A stretch of 64,000 nucleotides of DNA, from IMG/VR virus record IMGVR_UViG_3300042268_000564; one strand, 5' to 3'. Position 1 is the stretch's first letter, and the number at the start of each line of letters is the position of its first letter. A model generated the notes under the pieces. That model did not search any database and was not told where the DNA came from. It saw nothing but the letters and a program-made list of their open reading frames with translations. The position numbers and the translations under genes are program-made. Origin of the DNA: a virus. Taxonomy: Duplodnaviria > Caudoviricetes. Positions 28,994 to 38,820 of the stretch are shown here, in pieces.

Positions 28994-31957
28994 ATGTCGT
29001 TAATTGTACCATCGAACAAAGAGTCTGATGAAATATCGGTAATTGAGACTAATAACCTTACTACCGACCAGATTTCCTTAGTTAAATATTTAAGAGAAAA
29101 CCCAGTAGTTGCCGCAAAGGTGCTACTGGGTGTTACTCTTGAATGGTATCAGGCTGAAGCCTTGAATGATGTTTGGCGAAAAAGATTTTCTATTTTTTGT
29201 TGGTCTCGTCAGATTGGGAAAACTTTTACTGAAGCTGTTTTATTTGCTTTGATAGCTGCGCTTTATCCTGAAGAAGATTGCGTGTTTATTGCGCCATCTT
29301 TACGTCAGTCCATGAATCCTTTTAATTATATTCGTGAATTTTATGCGAATCACGCAATGTTTAGAAGTATGGTTCGTGGAAAGATGACAAAAACAAAGTT
29401 AGAGATGAAGAATAATTCTACTGTGACACCGCTTCCGTTGGGAGATGGGTGCCTGTCAGAGGCTCTACTGGCTAGTGACGGCGGGTTCTTTTATCTCGAA
29501 TCCGCTTGTAGTGCAAAAAGAAAAAAACAAAAAGTTGTAACCACTGATAAAATAAGTGGTGAGAACGGTTTTAAAGAAGCTGATTATTTCTTTTACAACG
29601 GGCACGTTCCTATAAAAATAGCTGATACTAAACGTGGCTACCAGCTTAAAGGTTCTCATATCCATCCTATCCGTGCGATTAAGGACGGGGTGTTGCAGTG
29701 GGTGAGGATGCCAGACCTTAACGTAGGTGATAAGGTTGTGATTGACCGTAGAGAAAATTGGTTTCCAAAAACAAATGATATTACCTATGACGAGGCGTAT
29801 TTTGTAGGGGCTATGATTGGAGACGGAAACTATACGGAACAATATTGGCTCGGATTTGCAAATTCACCGAAGGATAGAGAAATTGTAGATTACATTAATG
29901 AGCCTGCGAATAAAATCTTGGGTATGAAATTTAAGCCGATTTCTGATGAATTTCATTTTATTATTCGTTCTAAAGAAAAACGGCTTGAATTCTTCGATTA
30001 TTTTGGGATGCCACAGTATGACCATCGTGACGAGCGTGCTTATGCTAAGAACAAATCTATGCCGTCTAAAATCATGTCTTGCTCGAAAGATGCAATGCGT
30101 GGTTTTTTACAGGGATTGTTTGACACTGATGGGCATGTTTCAGAGAATAAAGCAGGCACGGCGAGAGAGGTAGGCTTTACTAATACATCAGAACGGCTTG
30201 CAAGAGAAGTGCAGTCCGTCTTGTTGAAATTTGGGATTATTTCATCGTTAGAAACAAGAACTCGACGGGGTTGGAACCCTATATTTAATTTGCATATAAC
30301 AGGGCAAGATTTGATTCTGTTTGCCGAACGTATTGGCTTCAGGTTAAAGCGCAAGCAGGAACGATTAGAAAAAATAATTGCAAAAAGTAAGCGTAATTAT
30401 TCTTTAACTGACCAGATTTATCATATTGGCAATAGCTTGCTTGCAGTTGAGAATGAATTTGGCTTGGCAAAGAAGTGTGTAATTGACAAAAGTAAACATA
30501 CTTTATGGGAACGATTAGTTGAAAGAATAAATAAACAACAAGGAATTACATATGAGCAGTTGGCAAGATTCCTTGATGTTTATAAAGATGTTGAACATGA
30601 TGAATTGGTCTTTTTGCGTGATGTTTATGAACGTCATTATTTTTATGATGAAATAGCGTCTATTGAAGATTCAGAGGCTGATACTTACGATGTTCATATT
30701 CCTGATGACCATACATTCTGGTCTAATGGCTTTATTTCGCACAACAGTAAGATTCTTGGAACGCACGCATCGGTTATTGGGATAGATGAATATGCACGTT
30801 TTTCTAAGGAAATAGTTGATACTATCATCATGCCGATGGCGAACCGTAAAAAGAACCCATTTAGCCGTGGTAATAGAGTTAGCATCATTTCTACGCCATT
30901 ATCTAAAGCAAACCATTATTATCGAACATTTTGTGATTACCAGAAAGAACAAACGCTTAACCCTAACGGCGATTATCATGTTTCCACATATAATTTTCTT
31001 GATTCAGACAATGTCGACCTTGACGTGTTTGCTAACCAGATTAAATCCATGCCGTTTGAGCGATTTGCCAGAGAGAATCTTGCAGTATTTACCTCTGAAG
31101 TTGGTGGCTTTTTCTCTGAGGAGCTTTTAAGACAGTGCGAAGATGAGCTTTCTATTGAATTGGCAGGGGAAGATGGGTTTGAATATGTAATGGGTATCGA
31201 CCCGCCAAGTGTTAATAACCAACTAGGCTTAACCTTGTTTAAGCTTACGGAAAATAATCAAAAATTAGAGCTTGTATATTGCTGTGGGATTCCTGCTGGA
31301 TACATTACCACGCCTCAACTTGTTGGGTTGATAGTTCGTTTTATTAAGCGTTTTAATATTAAGCGCATTCATATAGATGAAGGTGGCGGCGGTCGTCAGG
31401 TTGCAGGTTATTTGTTTGCGCCCGGTGTTATTGTTGATGAATATGAATGTCCTGTGAAGGTAATGTTGCCCCCTCGTGGCGAAGAGATTATGCAATGGAG
31501 CGGGGCAAGAAATGCTGATGACCCACTTACATTGAATAACAAAAGATTAGAACCTGTAGTTATAAAGCTTACGTCTTTTAACCCTCATAATAAATCTGCG
31601 ATGTATTTCAATGTCCGCAATGCTATGCAGGAAGGTGCGATTATTATGCCTGCCTATCGTCCGGGTGACAATAAATTTGTAGAGACGAATACATTGCAAG
31701 GTGAACTCGAAGGGCTTAAAGGCGAGCAAACAGCAGCGGGTATTTTGATGTTGCGTAAGCCAGAGAATCTTTATGATGACCGAGCAGATTCTTATGTGTT
31801 GGCGTATGACGCATTTTTGGGATACATGCAAAAAGGAAATTTCCCGACTACGGTTAAGAGCGTTAAGCATCAAGATGACCTTGTGTCGAGTAATTGGGAT
31901 AGCCGCAGAGACATTCCTTTCACGGATAGAGGGGATTGGGGCAATCGGGATTGGTAA
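28994..31957 (+). CDS. terL: Terminase large subunit with an intein
   Basis: 'LEWYQ', Walker A SRQIGKT, 'IAPSLRQS', Walker B IGIDEY, 'ISTP', RNase H-like 'MGIDP' and 'DDRADS'. Confidence 0.93.
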   Translation: MSLIVPSNKESDEISVIETNNLTTDQISLVKYLRENPVVAAKVLLGVTLEWYQAEALNDVWRKRFSIFCWSRQIGKTFTEAVLFALIAALYPEEDCVFIAPSLRQSMNPFNYIREFYANHAMFRSMVRGKMTKTKLEMKNNSTVTPLPLGDGCLSEALLASDGGFFYLESACSAKRKKQKVVTTDKISGENGFKEADYFFYNGHVPIKIADTKRGYQLKGSHIHPIRAIKDGVLQWVRMPDLNVGDKVVIDRRENWFPKTNDITYDEAYFVGAMIGDGNYTEQYWLGFANSPKDREIVDYINEPANKILGMKFKPISDEFHFIIRSKEKRLEFFDYFGMPQYDHRDERAYAKNKSMPSKIMSCSKDAMRGFLQGLFDTDGHVSENKAGTAREVGFTNTSERLAREVQSVLLKFGIISSLETRTRRGWNPIFNLHITGQDLILFAERIGFRLKRKQERLEKIIAKSKRNYSLTDQIYHIGNSLLAVENEFGLAKKCVIDKSKHTLWERLVERINKQQGITYEQLARFLDVYKDVEHDELVFLRDVYERHYFYDEIASIEDSEADTYDVHIPDDHTFWSNGFISHNSKILGTHASVIGIDEYARFSKEIVDTIIMPMANRKKNPFSRGNRVSIISTPLSKANHYYRTFCDYQKEQTLNPNGDYHVSTYNFLDSDNVDLDVFANQIKSMPFERFARENLAVFTSEVGGFFSEELLRQCEDELSIELAGEDGFEYVMGIDPPSVNNQLGLTLFKLTENNQKLELVYCCGIPAGYITTPQLVGLIVRFIKRFNIKRIHIDEGGGGRQVAGYLFAPGVIVDEYECPVKVMLPPRGEEIMQWSGARNADDPLTLNNKRLEPVVIKLTSFNPHNKSAMYFNVRNAMQEGAIIMPAYRPGDNKFVETNTLQGELEGLKGEQTAAGILMLRKPENLYDDRADSYVLAYDAFLGYMQKGNFPTTVKSVKHQDDLVSSNWDSRRDIPFTDRGDWGNRDW
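29450..30745 (+). mobile_element. Intein (432 aa) with LAGLIDADG homing endonuclease in TerL
   Basis: Begins CLSEALLA, block B 'GSHIHPI', GAMIGDG and GLFDTDG motifs, ends 'TYDVHIP..HTFWSNGFISHN' followed by S. Confidence 0.93.
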
Positions 31958-31999
31958 CAGTAATATATTAATGTAACTCAATAGAAAACGGAGAGATTC

Positions 32000-34900
32000 A
32001 TGCCAAAGCAATATTATCGGCATACATCAGATACGCCTGACGAACAGGAAGGGATGTTGCAGAGAATAATACGTTCGATAGCACCTGCATGGCAAAAGGT
32101 AAAAACTTTTGGTAAGGCACTGGTTGGTGGGACGATTTATTATTATGGCAACCGAATTTTCTGGGGTGGTGAAACAAGTCGTTATTTATATAAGCGATAT
32201 CGAACCATTTTTCAGAGAATGGGTTTTGTTCGACAGGCTATTTTGGCTTATAAGCACAGGATTGTAGCCGAGCGTCCAAAGATTCTAAGTGTGAATAAGC
32301 ATGTAATGACGCTGCTTGAGCATAGGTTCAAGCATATTGGGCTTTGGGAACAGTATGGTTTAATAGCTCAGGATTTGTTGGAATTTGGCGATTCTTTTAC
32401 TGAAATTGTCTATTCAAATCCAAATTCTAAACAGGGTTTTAGGGTTATAGGGCTTAAGAGGCTCGAACCTGATTACATGTATATTCAGCGTGACCCTTAT
32501 GGACGACCGATTCTTTATATCAGTGTTATTGATGGGATTCCTGTAACTATTGAGCCTTATCGTATGCTCCATATCAAGATGGATTCTCAGCCGGGGGACG
32601 CTTTTGGCGTAGGTTTGATAGAAGGTGGTATGGACGACCTTGCCGCTCTTCGTATCTTGGAAGATTTGAACATTCAACTTGTTAAACACAATATTTATCC
32701 ACATAGGGTTTATATTTGTCCGAGTGATGAGATTGTGGCACAGGTTGAAAGCAAATTAGCGCAGCAGAATAGGTTCGGCGACCTTGTAGTTCCAGAAGGT
32801 GTAAAGGTGCAGCAGATGACCTCTGGCACGGGGATTGACCTGCGTGGTTTTATGCTTTATTACCAACAGAAATTTTTCCTTGATGTTGGCGTTCCGATGG
32901 ACATGCTGATTAAAGGAACGGGTGGAAACAGAAGTACCGCAGCCGAGATGAGTTCTGCATTTAATGGAAATGCAAGTGCTATTCAGAGAGGCATTCTTGA
33001 AAAATTGGAATGGCTTGGTGAGTTGATTCTAACCTTAGAAGGTATTCCAGCAGCGGTTAGATTGATAGCACCTGAAATTGATAAAGCTTTGCAATTTGCA
33101 AGACGTAAAGAATACAGGGAAATGTTCTTGGAAGGACTTATGTCGAGAGATTTTGCCCAAGAATTGCTTGAACTTAAGCATCCTCTTAATAATATTACAG
33201 TGCCTGAAAATTTTACTGTGCAACTTAATCAAGAAAAGAATTGGATGGAACAGTTCAAACTTGGCTTGCTCACAAGACCTTATGCAATCAAGTTGCTTGG
33301 TCATGATGTTCCAGAGAATAGACCAGCACAGCCTCAAACACCTAATTTTATGATGGCACCGCCAGCGCAAGGACAGCCACCGAAGCCCGGACAAGGGAAA
33401 TCAGGGGGAGTCCCGTTGGGAAATTTAGATGAGCCAGATTTGTTGGAGCCGTCTGAAGTGGGGGTTGTCGCACCTACTGATAAGAATGAAAAGCAGGATG
33501 GTGAGCAACCACCTGAAGCCCCTGAAAATGCTCAAGCGGCGGCAAGTAGAAATATCAGGGTTGGGTTAAAAAGTATTAATGTAGATAAGTTGGAGGGCAC
33601 CCGTATGAGCAAAGATGGTTATGTTCAGACTGTTTATATACGAAAAGTCAATAATAATGGCGAAATAGAAGAGGCACCTTACGTGCCTGTTGATGTTTCA
33701 GTGGCGAGAAAAAGAGCACATGTTCAGCCTGATGCAAGATGGAAGCAAGAAGCGCAAAAGGATTGTGGAATGAATGGCAATCCTAAAAAAGGTGAACTTG
33801 TTAAGCCTGAGCAGGCTGAGCAAATAGATGGGAATGCGTCTGGAATAAGAACCAATACAGTTGTTAAGCCTGATGGTGGAAAGCCGTTAAGTCAGTTACC
33901 TGAAGGTTCAGGATTAAAGCCAAGACAGCATCGTAACAAGGCATTGCCACCCGGACATGAAAGAGGGAATAGACCTCTCGGCAACGCCGATGCGCCATTG
34001 AAGAAACATGAAGAGCCATATGGGCAGCCGAAGAATGACGACTTGCGTGCAAGAGCAGCAGAATTAAAGGAAGAGCTTGAAAGAATTTCTAAGGCTCTTG
34101 GCGAGACACGGGGGGACAGTATGGGTAAATCATTAAAAGATGATGACATGAATGAAAATGTTGACGAAATGAATGAAGAATTGCCACCTCAGCCTGAGCA
34201 AGACCAAGTTGAAGGTGAGGAAGCCGAGGGTGAGGACGAAGGTGAAGTTGAGCAGTTACCACCTGATGTTGGCGCAGAGTCACCACCACAAGGTAATGAG
34301 CAGCCGATGCCACAGCAAGGGATGCCGGGTGGACAACCTCAGATGCCAGTAGTGCCGGGATATTTCAATCCTAATCCTAATGGAAAATACCATCCAAAAT
34401 TTGCCGATGTATTTGGCGACAATGATTATTCAATTAAGAAGCCACAAAGGCATGTTGAGCGCATTAAAGAAGAATTGATTGACGCTTATGGACAGAAGCA
34501 TCGCAGAGTGCATGAGCGCACTAGAGAACATCACAGACCTGCAAGTGCCGAAAGTGATTTTATTAAACGCAAGAAAACATCGGCTCAGAGACGTTGGATG
34601 AAGAAAAGTCCAAATCAACTCAAGCAAAGCAAGTCTCAGGAAGAATATTATCTTGCTTATATTGATGTGTGTTTGCAGGATGAGAGTGATGTTTGGATAA
34701 ATAGAATTGTGAATAGTGCAAAATCTGCAATGGATTCATCACAGAATAGGCTTGTTGAAGGCTTGCGTCAGATTGCCAAAGAAGAGTCCAACAAGATTGG
34801 AATGAGAGTGGAAAGTTATCTGGCAGCAGAATTGTTGGTTGCTGATACCAAGTTGCGAGATGTAGTCAAAGAAGGGTTGAAGAACATTCACGTAGCGGGT

Positions 34901-35347
34901 TTGAATTTTGCAAAAGATGTATTCGCCGCACATTTTATTGAGAATAATGATGATATTCGCCGCATAGATGCAAATCTTAAGCTTTTGCAAGAAAGATTTT
35001 TGACTAGAGTTGCAGCGAAAATTGCTGAAAAGGTTGATAGTTCAGAAACCGTTGACACGTTGGTTAGCGAAGTATATACAGTGTTTTCAAATGCGAGAAT
35101 AGCAATTGAAACGTTAGTATCGTCGTCGGGACATGAATTGTTCAGGTCTGCGTTTGACAATATTATGCGTAATGCTGTTGTTGCGGAAGACATTACTGCA
35201 ATTGAATTTCTTGTGCCAAAAGGGATTAAAGCCTGCAAGAATTGTGAAGCTAATAGCAGTAAAGTTATGGCATTGAATTGGTTTAAATTTGAACCATGCC
35301 ACGAGTGCGCTACTGTATACCGAATCCATTTCGCTGATGAAGAATAA
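32000..35347 (+). CDS. Portal protein fused via a long disordered region to a MuF/gp7-like C-terminal domain
   Basis: 'DLLEFGDSFTEIV...LKRLEP..M', 'HIK...FGVGLI' portal motifs; position after TerL; C-terminal helical domain ending CKNC...CHEC. Confidence 0.8.
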   Translation: MPKQYYRHTSDTPDEQEGMLQRIIRSIAPAWQKVKTFGKALVGGTIYYYGNRIFWGGETSRYLYKRYRTIFQRMGFVRQAILAYKHRIVAERPKILSVNKHVMTLLEHRFKHIGLWEQYGLIAQDLLEFGDSFTEIVYSNPNSKQGFRVIGLKRLEPDYMYIQRDPYGRPILYISVIDGIPVTIEPYRMLHIKMDSQPGDAFGVGLIEGGMDDLAALRILEDLNIQLVKHNIYPHRVYICPSDEIVAQVESKLAQQNRFGDLVVPEGVKVQQMTSGTGIDLRGFMLYYQQKFFLDVGVPMDMLIKGTGGNRSTAAEMSSAFNGNASAIQRGILEKLEWLGELILTLEGIPAAVRLIAPEIDKALQFARRKEYREMFLEGLMSRDFAQELLELKHPLNNITVPENFTVQLNQEKNWMEQFKLGLLTRPYAIKLLGHDVPENRPAQPQTPNFMMAPPAQGQPPKPGQGKSGGVPLGNLDEPDLLEPSEVGVVAPTDKNEKQDGEQPPEAPENAQAAASRNIRVGLKSINVDKLEGTRMSKDGYVQTVYIRKVNNNGEIEEAPYVPVDVSVARKRAHVQPDARWKQEAQKDCGMNGNPKKGELVKPEQAEQIDGNASGIRTNTVVKPDGGKPLSQLPEGSGLKPRQHRNKALPPGHERGNRPLGNADAPLKKHEEPYGQPKNDDLRARAAELKEELERISKALGETRGDSMGKSLKDDDMNENVDEMNEELPPQPEQDQVEGEEAEGEDEGEVEQLPPDVGAESPPQGNEQPMPQQGMPGGQPQMPVVPGYFNPNPNGKYHPKFADVFGDNDYSIKKPQRHVERIKEELIDAYGQKHRRVHERTREHHRPASAESDFIKRKKTSAQRRWMKKSPNQLKQSKSQEEYYLAYIDVCLQDESDVWINRIVNSAKSAMDSSQNRLVEGLRQIAKEESNKIGMRVESYLAAELLVADTKLRDVVKEGLKNIHVAGLNFAKDVFAAHFIENNDDIRRIDANLKLLQERFLTRVAAKIAEKVDSSETVDTLVSEVYTVFSNARIAIETLVSSSGHELFRSAFDNIMRNAVVAEDITAIEFLVPKGIKACKNCEANSSKVMALNWFKFEPCHECATVYRIHFADEE

Positions 35348-35374
35348 AATATTTTTTAAGGCTGGATAACAATT

Positions 35375-35407
35375 CTGCCTCCCCTTAGACGGGAGGCAGC
35401 TTGTTTT
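35375..35407 (+). terminator. GC-rich hairpin (terminator or stabiliser) between portal and protease
   Basis: CTGCCTCCC / GGGAGGCAG, then CTTGTTTT. Confidence 0.55.
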
Positions 35408-35431
35408 AAAACGGATAGGGAGACGAAAAGT

Positions 35432-38400
35432 ATGGACATTTTAAAGCTGCACGACAGCGTTTATGGGAGTGAGAGCGACATTCGTGATGCAGTCGGCGAA
35501 TTGGAAAAATTTGTAGCATCGGCAGGAATGTTCAATGAAACATCATTGATTCCAGCCACTAAACCTATTACACCTCAATTGGCTGATTCAAATAAAGAAG
35601 AGGTTGGCGCAATGCCATCTTCGTCTACTACAAGTGATGGCAAGGTTGAACCTGAAGGAACGCCTATGCCTGTTGCGGTTATGGAAAAAATTCAGACTGA
35701 AAAGCAAGCCCGTTTTTTGAATTTGTTTTTTCATGTTCTGTGGAATTCTTCTGCGGATAGCGAAGAGCCAGCCAAGAAGGCAAAATTGCAGGATGCTCAC
35801 ACTGCGTTGGCTGAAAAGATGGCAGAAAAGGGCTGGCAACATCCTTATCTTGATACATTAGATGATACATTGCCACCTCACTTGTCTACAACAGTTGGCA
35901 TAATTAGTCCTGCTGAAAGCCCTCAGATTTCTGATGGTCGAGTTCCAATTACGGTAGGCATTGCTGATACAGATGGCAAGTTGGAAGGCAAGAAAGATGA
36001 TTTGAAGGCAGAGAAAAAGAACGATAGGTTTGTTGCTACTTTGCCAGAATTGCAGCTTGGGTTGGGTTATAGCAAGTTAACAAGAGATGAAGCCTTGAAG
36101 TTAGTAGGTGACTCGTTAGAGCCAGAAACAGAATTACCGCAAGACGCTCTCTATCTTCTTATTGATGTTGTAGAAGAAGGTATTTTTAATAATGTTGAAG
36201 TGACTAAGGCTGAAATGGAAGCTGCCGCACCTGATTATGCAGGTAGGATGTTCATTGAAGGGCATGATTGGAATGACCCGCAAAAAGCTATTGGTCAAGT
36301 ATTAAAAGCCTCGGTTTATTTTAATAAAATTCGTAACAAATGGACGATGAGGGCTTTAACGGTCGTATTGCGTAAACATGCGATTGAATCCTTTACTCTT
36401 GGGCTTTATAAATTCGTGTCTATTGGTGCCTCTATGCGTGCCACTTGTAATATTTGTGGGCTTTCATTGCAAGAAGGTTGCCCTCATAAACGAGGTGTTT
36501 TTTATGACACGCCAAGAGGGAAAATCAAATGTCATTTTATTGGCAGAGAAATGGTCATGGAAGAGCTTTCTGCCGTTAATGTCCCGGCTTGTAGACCTGC
36601 TGGTGTGGTGGGAAGAGTTTCTATTGATAGAGCTAGAGAAATGCTTGCAGCATCTATGGAAGGTGGCGAAGCAATAGGTTCATTAGATTTTGTTTGTTCT
36701 TTGCAGGAAATTATTTATAGAGAAGACAAGGGGGAAGTGCCAATGTCAAAATGGCAAGAAAAATTTAGGACTGGCGACATTAAGGGTTATATGACTCTAT
36801 TAGCCAGTGCTGAAGAATCAACCACTCTTGGACATGTTTTCCAAGAAATGCGTGCAAAAAGAAAAGTGGATTATTCAAATGACGAAACTCTTTCTTTTGC
36901 GCACGAACTTTTGCATCGTTGGTTTAATACGCCTGCAAGATGTGAAAATTGGACTGAAGAAGAAATTGTGGCAGAGCATGACAACATTGTTGCGAAAATG
37001 TCTGAAATGGGACAGGAACATGTTGGGATTTCTTTCATGGACGCTGCATTACATGAGCAGAGTAAATTTGCAAAATGTAATAAATGTGGACAAGAACCAT
37101 GCAGTGGCACAGATATGTGCAACTCTGAAACCGTAAAAGATGCAATTGTATCTGAAGAGCTTGAAATTGCCGACTGTGGTAAAGGCGATGGTAAAGGCAA
37201 TAAAAAAGTTGCACCTGTTGTGCAAAATATTAATCAGGAACAATGTTCAAAACCTGAAAAGGTAAAAGCGAACTTGGACAGTAAATTATTAAATACAGAT
37301 GGGGCAGCAGAACCGGAAAATGCCTCCGAACAAACTAAGGTGGTGGCCGGTGGGGAAATTGAAAAAGAAGATGAACAATTGCCTGAACAAGGTAAGGGGG
37401 AAGCAGTAGCAGAATCTTCTGGCACCGTAGCGGTATCTATGAATGATGCTTGTGAGCGTCGAGCTGGTTATATAGACGGCGTGGCAAAAGCTCAGGCAGG
37501 TGGTAAAGCTGGTGGCAAAGAGATGAATCAGGGGGCTGGCATTGTAAAAGGTGACGATTATGAAGCTGGCTATCAAGAGGGCTATAAACGTCCAACCAAG
37601 GGGAAAAATCACCTTAAAGAACAGATTTCTAAAGGAGGCATTCAAATGGTGAATACTGGTAGCGAATCTCCAGTAGTAGCAGTAAACAATGAAGCAGAAA
37701 ATGCCAATGTTGAACTTGCTGCACTGAAAGATGTAGGAACAAACGAAATTCAGGGTGAACTTAAAGCAGAAATGCAGAAAGTTGATGTCGACAATCAGGT
37801 TGACAAGGACAAATTGGGAGACGTTAACGTGCAGTCATCCAGCGAACAGAGAGATGCTAGTTTTAAAACTGGCGTGAAGGAAGAAAAAGTTTCCAAAAAT
37901 GGTGCCGATTATGGTTACATTAAGTGCCCAGAATGCGGCTTAGACAACATTGCAGTAGATGCAAAAAAATGTCCTAACTGTGGCAAAAATGTTGAAATGA
38001 AAGAAGATAAGCGCATGGGTGATTTCCCTGTGCAGAAAACTCATTCAGCTTATGACACGCCACCAATGGAAGCGAAAAGTCAGAAACCATCTGAAGCACC
38101 GAAAATGAAGCTTACCGCTGAAGTAGCTCTCACTGACGAGCTTAAAATGGTTAAGCAGCATCTCAAACATCTTGATGAAAGAGCTGAAAATGAGAGGGCA
38201 GCTTGGGCAGCAGAACGCCAAGATTTTATGAGCGAAAGAGAAAGCCTTGTCGCTGCTAATCAGCAGATGTCTGAAGAGCTTGAATCTCTTAAACTCGACC
38301 TTCAGACCAAAGATACTATGTATCGTACCGTATCTGAAGAAAATTCAGTTCTTACTGCAAAACTTGAGAAGTATGCACAGAATGAAAAGAATGAAGTGAT

Positions 38401-38767
38401 TGAACAGATTGTTCAGACTAAGATTGAACTTGGTTTGATTTCTGATGAAGACGTAGATGCACAGCGTCAGAGATATACCGAACAGAGTATTGACACTTTG
38501 AAGGTAATTTTGACTGAAGTTGCGGGGAACACAAAGGCAATAGCTCTTGCTAAGAGCCAAACATTTGGGGTGCCAAGTGAAACTACTGAGTCTTTGACTG
38601 GCAACAGCGAAAAAGACCGTGTGGTTGAAACAGGGGATGATGCCGTTAAGCTTGAAAAAGAAGCTAATGAGCACATTGCAAAAGAAGACAAAGTTGAAAA
38701 GCCAGCAGGAGTAAAGACTCGTGGCAATTCTATCATGGGCACAATTTTGCGCTCATTGGGGCAGTAA
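35432..38767 (+). CDS. Prohead protease-scaffold polyprotein
   Basis: 'HDW..P..AIGQV', 'VSIG...CNICG...CPH', 'ELSAVNVPA' protease motifs; zinc ribbon; C-terminal coiled-coil scaffold; in-frame starts at 36743 and 37646. Confidence 0.8.
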   Translation: MDILKLHDSVYGSESDIRDAVGELEKFVASAGMFNETSLIPATKPITPQLADSNKEEVGAMPSSSTTSDGKVEPEGTPMPVAVMEKIQTEKQARFLNLFFHVLWNSSADSEEPAKKAKLQDAHTALAEKMAEKGWQHPYLDTLDDTLPPHLSTTVGIISPAESPQISDGRVPITVGIADTDGKLEGKKDDLKAEKKNDRFVATLPELQLGLGYSKLTRDEALKLVGDSLEPETELPQDALYLLIDVVEEGIFNNVEVTKAEMEAAAPDYAGRMFIEGHDWNDPQKAIGQVLKASVYFNKIRNKWTMRALTVVLRKHAIESFTLGLYKFVSIGASMRATCNICGLSLQEGCPHKRGVFYDTPRGKIKCHFIGREMVMEELSAVNVPACRPAGVVGRVSIDRAREMLAASMEGGEAIGSLDFVCSLQEIIYREDKGEVPMSKWQEKFRTGDIKGYMTLLASAEESTTLGHVFQEMRAKRKVDYSNDETLSFAHELLHRWFNTPARCENWTEEEIVAEHDNIVAKMSEMGQEHVGISFMDAALHEQSKFAKCNKCGQEPCSGTDMCNSETVKDAIVSEELEIADCGKGDGKGNKKVAPVVQNINQEQCSKPEKVKANLDSKLLNTDGAAEPENASEQTKVVAGGEIEKEDEQLPEQGKGEAVAESSGTVAVSMNDACERRAGYIDGVAKAQAGGKAGGKEMNQGAGIVKGDDYEAGYQEGYKRPTKGKNHLKEQISKGGIQMVNTGSESPVVAVNNEAENANVELAALKDVGTNEIQGELKAEMQKVDVDNQVDKDKLGDVNVQSSSEQRDASFKTGVKEEKVSKNGADYGYIKCPECGLDNIAVDAKKCPNCGKNVEMKEDKRMGDFPVQKTHSAYDTPPMEAKSQKPSEAPKMKLTAEVALTDELKMVKQHLKHLDERAENERAAWAAERQDFMSERESLVAANQQMSEELESLKLDLQTKDTMYRTVSEENSVLTAKLEKYAQNEKNEVIEQIVQTKIELGLISDEDVDAQRQRYTEQSIDTLKVILTEVAGNTKAIALAKSQTFGVPSETTESLTGNSEKDRVVETGDDAVKLEKEANEHIAKEDKVEKPAGVKTRGNSIMGTILRSLGQ

Positions 38768-38820
38768 TCCGCAAGGATTTAAAACATTAACTTAGTTAAA
38801 ATTTCAAAGGAGTTATTAAT

